Origin: Gemmatimonadales bacterium
GTDB taxonomy: Bacteria > Gemmatimonadota > Gemmatimonadetes > Gemmatimonadales > GWC2-71-9
DNA length: 12,853 bases
Assembly: GCA_041615815.1 (NCBI GenBank)
Contig: JBFJCP010000054.1
Span: forward strand, 1-12,853
Direction: 5' to 3'
This document shows positions 7,841 to 12,853 of the stretch, one piece after another. The notes under the pieces are model-generated. The model worked only from the letters and a program-made list of their open reading frames with translations, was not told the DNA's origin and searched no databases. Within the stretch, counting starts at the first letter, position 1, and the number at the start of each line of letters is the position of its first letter. The position numbers were made by a program, and so were the translations under genes.

Positions 7841-9214
7841 ATGACAGGACGTGACATCATGCGACGAACGATGATTGGACTGGCGGCCGGTCTTTGTCTG
7901 GCGGTCACGACACCACTCCCGGCGCAACGCGCCGGCACGGTGGAAATCGGCGCGCTCGGTCGAGCCAGCTTCTTCGACCAGAGCCTCAACATCCAGAACT
8001 TCCTGGGAGCCGGCGGGCGGTTCGGGCTCTTCTTCATCAAGAACCTCGCCGTGGAGGGAGATGCCTCCTTCATCCTGACCGATGCGACCCCCGCCGGTCG
8101 GATCGCCCATATCCCCATCCATGCCCGTCTCGTGTACAACATCCCGTTCCATGACCGGGTGGGGCTGGTGTTGGGAGTCGGGTATGCGCGGAACGAGTAT
8201 CGGCGCGACATACAGGCGGCGGATGATGGCGTGGGTGGGCTGTTTGGGATGCGGTTCCGCCTGAGCCAAGTCGTGTCGCTCCGCGCCGAGGGCACGTTGG
8301 ACTACACCCCGTCACCCATCAACGCCGGCCCTGGCATCAACAGCAACACCAATGCGGGAGCGCAATTCGGGCTGTCGTTCCAGTTCGGCCCCCGCCCGAC
8401 GCGCGATACCGACCTCGACGGCGTGCGGGATCAGGACGACCGCTGCCCAGGCACGGCCTTGGGCGACAGTGTCGACGCCGCCGGCTGCCCGCTGGATTCC
8501 GACGGCGACGGCGTCACGAATGCGGCCGACCAATGTCCCAACACCCCGGCCGGAGAACCCGTGACCGAAGCGGGCTGCCCCCGAGACAGTGACATGGACG
8601 GGGTGGCGGACAGCGCAGATCGATGCCCCAGCACACCCGCCGGCACGACCGTGGACGATGTGGGCTGCGCACGCGACTCCGACGGTGACGGCGTGGCCGA
8701 CTCGGCGGACAATTGCCCCAATACGCCGAGCGGCGCTGAGGTCGATGCCAACGGTTGCGCACGGGATCGGGATGGAGACGGCGTGGCCGACGGCTTGGAC
8801 CGCTGCCCCAACACGGACCAGGGTGTCCGCGTGGACGATTCCGGGTGCCCCATCCTGTTCGAGGAGGGCACAACGCGTGTGGTGTTGGAGGGTGTCACCT
8901 TCAACCGCGCGAGCGCCAGTCTCACCCCGGATGCCATGACGATCCTGCGGCGCGTGGCCCAGACGCTGGTCGCCAATCCCAACATCCGGATCGAGGTATC
9001 GGGGCACACCGACGCCACGGGATCCCGGTCGACCAACCTCCGACTTTCAACGGCGCGAGCCGAGTCGGTGCGGGCTTTCCTGCAACTGCAGGGCGTGGCC
9101 CCGGAACGGATGCGAGCCATGGGATACGGTCCGGATTACCCGATTGCCAGTAACGGGACGCGTTCGGGCCGGGCACTCAACCGCCGGGTGGAGTTGAAGC
9201 AGATTCAGAACTAG
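7841..9214 (+). CDS. OmpA/OprF-family outer-membrane protein with TSP type-3-like Ca-binding repeats and a peptidoglycan-binding C-terminal domain
   Basis: Signal peptide (start could be 7859), N-terminal beta-barrel strands, five DxDxDGVxDxxDxCP repeats, and OmpA_C motifs VSGHTD, N..LS..RA.SV, GYG...PIASN, NRRVE. Confidence 0.95.
   Translation: MTGRDIMRRTMIGLAAGLCLAVTTPLPAQRAGTVEIGALGRASFFDQSLNIQNFLGAGGRFGLFFIKNLAVEGDASFILTDATPAGRIAHIPIHARLVYNIPFHDRVGLVLGVGYARNEYRRDIQAADDGVGGLFGMRFRLSQVVSLRAEGTLDYTPSPINAGPGINSNTNAGAQFGLSFQFGPRPTRDTDLDGVRDQDDRCPGTALGDSVDAAGCPLDSDGDGVTNAADQCPNTPAGEPVTEAGCPRDSDMDGVADSADRCPSTPAGTTVDDVGCARDSDGDGVADSADNCPNTPSGAEVDANGCARDRDGDGVADGLDRCPNTDQGVRVDDSGCPILFEEGTTRVVLEGVTFNRASASLTPDAMTILRRVAQTLVANPNIRIEVSGHTDATGSRSTNLRLSTARAESVRAFLQLQGVAPERMRAMGYGPDYPIASNGTRSGRALNRRVELKQIQN
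8405..8851 (+). repeat. Five degenerate 30-aa (90-bp) TSP3-like repeats
   Basis: D(T/S/R)DxDGVx(D/N)xxDxCPxTxxGxxV(D/T)xxGC five times, diverged at nucleotide level. Confidence 0.9.
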
Positions 9215-9224
9215 CGCTGACCGG

Positions 9225-9269
9225 CGTTCAGGCCGTTTCCGCCCCTCGGGGGGGGGAACGGCCTGAGCG
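9225..9269 (+). terminator. GC-rich stem-loop 10 nt downstream of the ompA-like stop (probable terminator or 3' stabiliser)
   Basis: CGTTCAGGCCGTT(TCCGCCCC) pairs with (GGGGGGG)AACGGCCTGAGCG; there is no U-tract. Confidence 0.6.
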
Positions 9270-9327
9270 GTGGGCGCCCGATGTCTTCCCGCGGCCGTTC
9301 GCGCTGACACAGCTCGGGCGGCCGCGG

Positions 9328-9410
9328 CGCATCTGCTTCACGCGCCACTGCCCCGTCAGTGGCGCGTAGTGGGCAGCACTAGATAAATGATTATCTATCA
9401 AGCGGATGCG
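9328..9410. other. Nested inverted-repeat element of unknown class
   Basis: Outer stem 9328-9338/9400-9410 (11 bp, one G-U); inner stems 9340-9350/9357-9367 (11 bp perfect), 9367-9371/9377-9381 (5 bp) and 9380-9386/9391-9397 (7 bp, AT-rich). Confidence 0.55.
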
Positions 9411-9491
9411 ATGCCGGCGCGAGCCACCGGCGAGGGAAGCGCTCATCCTTCCGGCCGGAGTGTCGATACCAACTCCAAGTGACCGTGCCAT

Positions 9492-9520
9492 TTGACTCTG
9501 GAGCCGGTCGCCACTAAGCT
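9492..9520 (+). promoter_or_regulatory. Putative sigma70 promoter of the CRP-family gene
   Basis: TTGACT-N17-TAAGCT. The TTG used as the ORF-track start is the first half of this -35 box. Confidence 0.65.
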
Positions 9521-9551
9521 AGACGGGCTTCCAACCCAAAAGAATGCTCCC

Positions 9552-10313
9552 ATGGTCCAAACGACGACGCCCATGTCGATGATCGATACCCTCCGCGAGG
9601 TCCCGCTCTTCGCGCAGCTCCGGGAGGGTGACATTCAGCGCATCATGCAGGCCGCCCGCTACCGCACCTATCCGAAGAACAGCGTGATCGTGTTCGAGGA
9701 TGATCCGGGTGACGCGCTGTACGTGGTGGAATCGGGTCAGGTCAAGCTCGTGCTCATTGCCGAGGACGGCCGGGAGGTGATCCTCTCGATTCGCAAGAAG
9801 GGTGACTTCTTTGGCGAGATCTCGCTGATCGACGACGAGCCTCGCTCGGCACACGTCATCGCGATGGAGGATTCTCGCCTCCTCGTCCTGCGGCGCGAGG
9901 ATTTCCAGCGATGCCTCCAAGAGATGCCCACGGTCGCCATCGGTCTGCTGCGGGCTCTGTGTAAACGGCTCCGGCAGGCGGACAGCAAGATCGGCTCCCT
10001 CGTCTTGTTGGATGCCACCGGCCGCGTGGCCCACTTGCTCTTGGAGATGGCAGATGAGCACGATGGCGAGATCATTTTGCAGCGGCTCACGCATCACATG
10101 ATCGCGCAGATGATCGGTGCCAGCCGTGAGACGGTCTCCCGAACCATGCGGGACTTCGTGGCCAAAGGATTCATCGAGGTCACGCGCCGGACCGTGACCA
10201 TCCGCGACCGGCGCGATCCGGCCACAGACGAGGGCACGAGCATTCGGGTGTCCCGGCGGGTGATTGTGGTGAAGGAGCGCAAGGCGCTGGAGGCGCTCGC
10301 CGGGCGCGCATAG
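9552..10313 (+). CDS. CRP/FNR-family transcriptional regulator (cNMP-binding, CRP/GlxR-like)
   Basis: LREVPLF; cNMP pocket FFGEISLIDDEPRSA; HTH LTHHMIAQMIGASRETVSR; no FNR-type N-terminal Cys cluster. Start at ATG 9552, 9573 or 9579. Confidence 0.95.
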   Translation: MVQTTTPMSMIDTLREVPLFAQLREGDIQRIMQAARYRTYPKNSVIVFEDDPGDALYVVESGQVKLVLIAEDGREVILSIRKKGDFFGEISLIDDEPRSAHVIAMEDSRLLVLRREDFQRCLQEMPTVAIGLLRALCKRLRQADSKIGSLVLLDATGRVAHLLLEMADEHDGEIILQRLTHHMIAQMIGASRETVSRTMRDFVAKGFIEVTRRTVTIRDRRDPATDEGTSIRVSRRVIVVKERKALEALAGRA

Positions 10314-10325
10314 CCGCCGCCCGCG

Positions 10326-11915
10326 CTATCCTGCTACCGATCCGATTCCCAGCTCGTCTCGCCGCGCCTCCGCGTGCCGGCCGATGGCGCCGCGCTCGGC
10401 GGTATCCATCCTTTCCACGTGCTTCATCATCATCGCCATGCGCCGGTTCTTCGCGAACCGCCGCTGGTTCCGGATGAGGAAATCCCAGTAGAACGTCGTG
10501 AAGGGACACGCATCTTTCCCGGTGCGTTTTCCGGGATCAAAGCGACACGACGCACAATAGTTGCTCATGCGCTGGATGTAGCGTCCCGAGGCGGCATAGG
10601 GCTTCGTGCCCACGACCCCGCCGTCCGCATGCATGACCATGCCCAGGGTGTTGGGGAGCGTGACCCAGTCCACCGCGTCGACGTACATGGCGAGATACCA
10701 GTCCGAGACCGCACGCGGGTGCACGCCAGCAATGAGCGCAAAATTGCCCGTTACCATGAGGCGCTGGATATGATGACCGTACGCGTGAGTCACGACCTGG
10801 CCCAGTGACTCGGCGAGACAGCGCATCTCCGTCTCACCGTGCCAGTAGAACTCCGGCAGTTCGCCGTGCTGTTCGAGCGTGTTGCGCTCGCCGTAGCTGC
10901 TCCCCTCCATCCAGTACACGCCGCGAATGAACTCCCGCCAACCAATGATCTGTCGGACGAAGCCCTCGACGGACTGGAGCGGCGCATCGCCCGCCTCATA
11001 CGCCTCGATCGCCGCCTCGACGACCTCTCGTGGGTCGAGCAGCTTGAGATTGAGGTACGGGGAGAGGAGCGAATGATACAGAAATGGCTCGTCCACCCAC
11101 ATGGCATCTTGCACCGGGCCGAATCGAACAAGGCGATTGGACACGAAATCTCGCAGCGCCCGCTTGGCCTGTCGCCGCGTGACCGCCCATCCGAACGACG
11201 TCACTTCGCCGTAGGCGCGGGGGTAGTGTGACTCGACAACCGCCAAGACCTCCTTGGTCACCGCATCCGGCGCGAACCGCTTCGGCGCCGGCGGGCGCGG
11301 CGCGGCGTCAAAGCTCTCTCGGTTTTTCTTGTCGTAGTTCCACGCCCCTCCCTCGGGTTTTCCGCCCTTGGTCATGAGCACGTCCAGGCGTTTGCGCTGC
11401 TCGCGATAGAAGTACTCCATCACGAGCTCTTTCCGACCGTCCGCCCAGGACTGAAACGTCTCGCGGTCGGTGAGGAAGTGTGGGTCGGACAGGATCGAGA
11501 GCGCCACACCCTCGCCCTCCGCCCATGAGCGAATCGCCCGCAGCACCCGGTGCTCGCCTGGGACGACTAGCGCGAGCTGGCTGGGTGTCAGAACCGAAAC
11601 GGCCCGGGCCAACTCGCCGGTGAGCGTACCCGTGTTTCGCGTCGCGTCCAGCTTCACGTAGCGGACACGATACCCGACGTCGATGAGGTCGAGCGCGAAA
11701 TGTCGCATGGCGGAGAGGAACAGCACCGTGCGCTGCTTGTGACTCGGGACGTGCGTCGCCTCTTCGGCCACCTCCATCATCACGACGGCGTCCCGGTGCT
11801 TGTCGAAGTCGTCGAAGACCGGAGAGTTCCGATCGAGCTGATCGCCGAGCACGACGACGAGCCGGTCCACAGCCCCGGACACCGTAGCCCGTAACGTCTC
11901 GGAAGGCGAGCTCAC
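10326..11915 (-). CDS. Fe-S bacterial cryptochrome/(6-4) photolyase (FeS-BCP, PhrB/CryB/DPRP-like)
   Basis: LVVVLGDQL, HKQR..LFLSAMRHFA, MEYFYREQR, GGAWNYDKKNR, QDAM, HSLLSPYLN, EGFVRQIIGWREF, HHIQRLMVTGNF, TKPYAASGRYI.RMSNYC..C, ACPF, plus MRCL, giving four cluster Cys. The GTG start overlaps the upstream TGA; a slightly downstream GTG is also possible. Confidence 0.95.
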   Translation of the reverse strand: MSSPSETLRATVSGAVDRLVVVLGDQLDRNSPVFDDFDKHRDAVVMMEVAEEATHVPSHKQRTVLFLSAMRHFALDLIDVGYRVRYVKLDATRNTGTLTGELARAVSVLTPSQLALVVPGEHRVLRAIRSWAEGEGVALSILSDPHFLTDRETFQSWADGRKELVMEYFYREQRKRLDVLMTKGGKPEGGAWNYDKKNRESFDAAPRPPAPKRFAPDAVTKEVLAVVESHYPRAYGEVTSFGWAVTRRQAKRALRDFVSNRLVRFGPVQDAMWVDEPFLYHSLLSPYLNLKLLDPREVVEAAIEAYEAGDAPLQSVEGFVRQIIGWREFIRGVYWMEGSSYGERNTLEQHGELPEFYWHGETEMRCLAESLGQVVTHAYGHHIQRLMVTGNFALIAGVHPRAVSDWYLAMYVDAVDWVTLPNTLGMVMHADGGVVGTKPYAASGRYIQRMSNYCASCRFDPGKRTGKDACPFTTFYWDFLIRNQRRFAKNRRMAMMMKHVERMDTAERGAIGRHAEARRDELGIGSVAG

Positions 11916-12853
11916 GCGTCGCTGCTGGGGACGATGATGGCCTTTGTGACCTGCAGTTCCTGGACGTCTCGAATCGCTTCCTCGGCGCGGGCGAGGGAAT
12001 AGCGACCACCGATGACTCGGTTGAACGGGAGCCGATCACGATGCTTGGTCAACAGCCTCAAGGACCGGACCACGTGGCTGAAGTCCGTTCCCCACTGACC
12101 TCGCACATCGGCGTGTTTGCGGTTCACGTGGATGTGGGGGTTGATCGCCACCGAGCCCGCATCCGTATAATGCCCGGCGATCACATACGTGCCCCCATCG
12201 CGGAGGAGATCGAAACCCTCGGGGACCGCCTTGGGGTTGCCGCTGGCCTCGATGACCACATCGGCCCCCCGGCCACCCGACAGCCGCCGAACTCGCTCTG
12301 CACGGGCCTCGACGGGGTCGTGGACCACGGACAGCGTGAAATCGGCACCCAGCACTCTCGCCAGCTCGAGCCGTGCGGCAGGAGCCCCGATGACGACGAC
12401 GGTGGCCGCGCCTCGAAGCGCGGCAAACGCGGCGGCGGAGAGCCCCACCGGGCCCGACCCCTGAACGACCACCGTGTCACCCATCATGAGGCCGCTGCGT
12501 TCCACCGCGGCGAACCCGGTGAACAGCCCGCAACCACCGCCGATCACCAGATCTGCATCCAAACCGTCCGGGAGCTTGAGCACCCGGACCCCTGGCTTGA
12601 GATAGATGCGCTCGGCCCACCCTCCCAGCGGACCCTCGCTCGCGGCGTAACTGATGCCGTACACCTTGCGGGCCGGACACCGGTTGGGCTGGTGCGCCAC
12701 GGTGCAGTGGTAACACGCATTGCACACCTCGTGCACGTCGTAGAACGTGATAAGGTCACCATCTCGTAGCGGCGCCCCGAGCGCGTCCCGTTCCACTCCC
12801 CGGCGCTCGAGCACGCGTCCCACACTCACATGTCCCGGGATGATCGGATACGG
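11912..12853 (-). CDS. Zinc-dependent medium-chain alcohol dehydrogenase (TM0436/CamD-like subgroup), N-terminus beyond the right edge
   Basis: The frame stays open to 12853 (PYPIIPGHVSVG...). Structural Zn motif CNACYHC-x7-C, GGGCG, Rossmann VQGSGPVG, GADVVIEASG. Confidence 0.92.
   Translation of the reverse strand, partial: PYPIIPGHVSVGRVLERRGVERDALGAPLRDGDLITFYDVHEVCNACYHCTVAHQPNRCPARKVYGISYAASEGPLGGWAERIYLKPGVRVLKLPDGLDADLVIGGGCGLFTGFAAVERSGLMMGDTVVVQGSGPVGLSAAAFAALRGAATVVVIGAPAARLELARVLGADFTLSVVHDPVEARAERVRRLSGGRGADVVIEASGNPKAVPEGFDLLRDGGTYVIAGHYTDAGSVAINPHIHVNRKHADVRGQWGTDFSHVVRSLRLLTKHRDRLPFNRVIGGRYSLARAEEAIRDVQELQVTKAIIVPSSDA

Noticed and set aside
9376..9401. Xer/dif site or IS91-family oriIS
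   Set aside because: The ATAA/TTAT arms are separated by 4 bp rather than 6, the XerD arm does not match TTATGTTAAAT, resemblance to oriIS is weak, and no transposase is nearby.
9328..9410. tRNA or hammerhead ribozyme
   Set aside because: No TTCRA T-loop, anticodon arm geometry or CCA; no CUGANGA/GAAA core on either strand.
9492..9551. ORF-track N-terminal extension of the CRP gene
   Set aside because: The TTG coincides with a well-spaced -35 box and family similarity begins near MIDTLREVPLF.

Overview
High-GC bacterial chromosomal segment. The gene content (LVIVD lipoprotein, Zn-ribbon Ser/Thr kinase with Ig-like domains, TSP3-OmpA) suggests Gemmatimonadota, but this is inference only. Left to right: (1) a LVIVD-repeat beta-propeller lipoprotein that runs off the left edge and is absent from the ORF track; (2) a divergent membrane-anchored Hanks-type Ser/Thr kinase with a 51-bp tandem repeat; (3) an outer-membrane beta-barrel protein; (4) an mscS-family channel gene split by one extra base; (5) a lipoprotein of two tandem SGNH-like hydrolase domains joined by 16 prolines, followed 19 bp later by (6) an OmpA-family protein with five Ca-binding TSP3-like repeats; (7) a CRP-family regulator with an apparently duplicated C-terminal wing; (8) a convergent Fe-S (6-4) photolyase/cryptochrome, with a possible start overlapping the stop of (9) a Zn-dependent MDR dehydrogenase cut by the right edge. 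No rRNA, tRNA, CRISPR array or transposase was seen. The most interesting unexplained signals are an 83-nt nested inverted-repeat element at 9328-9410, the twin-domain SGNH-like lipoprotein, the CRP wing duplication, CRP-like boxes in both divergent intergenic regions, and the mscS frameshift.
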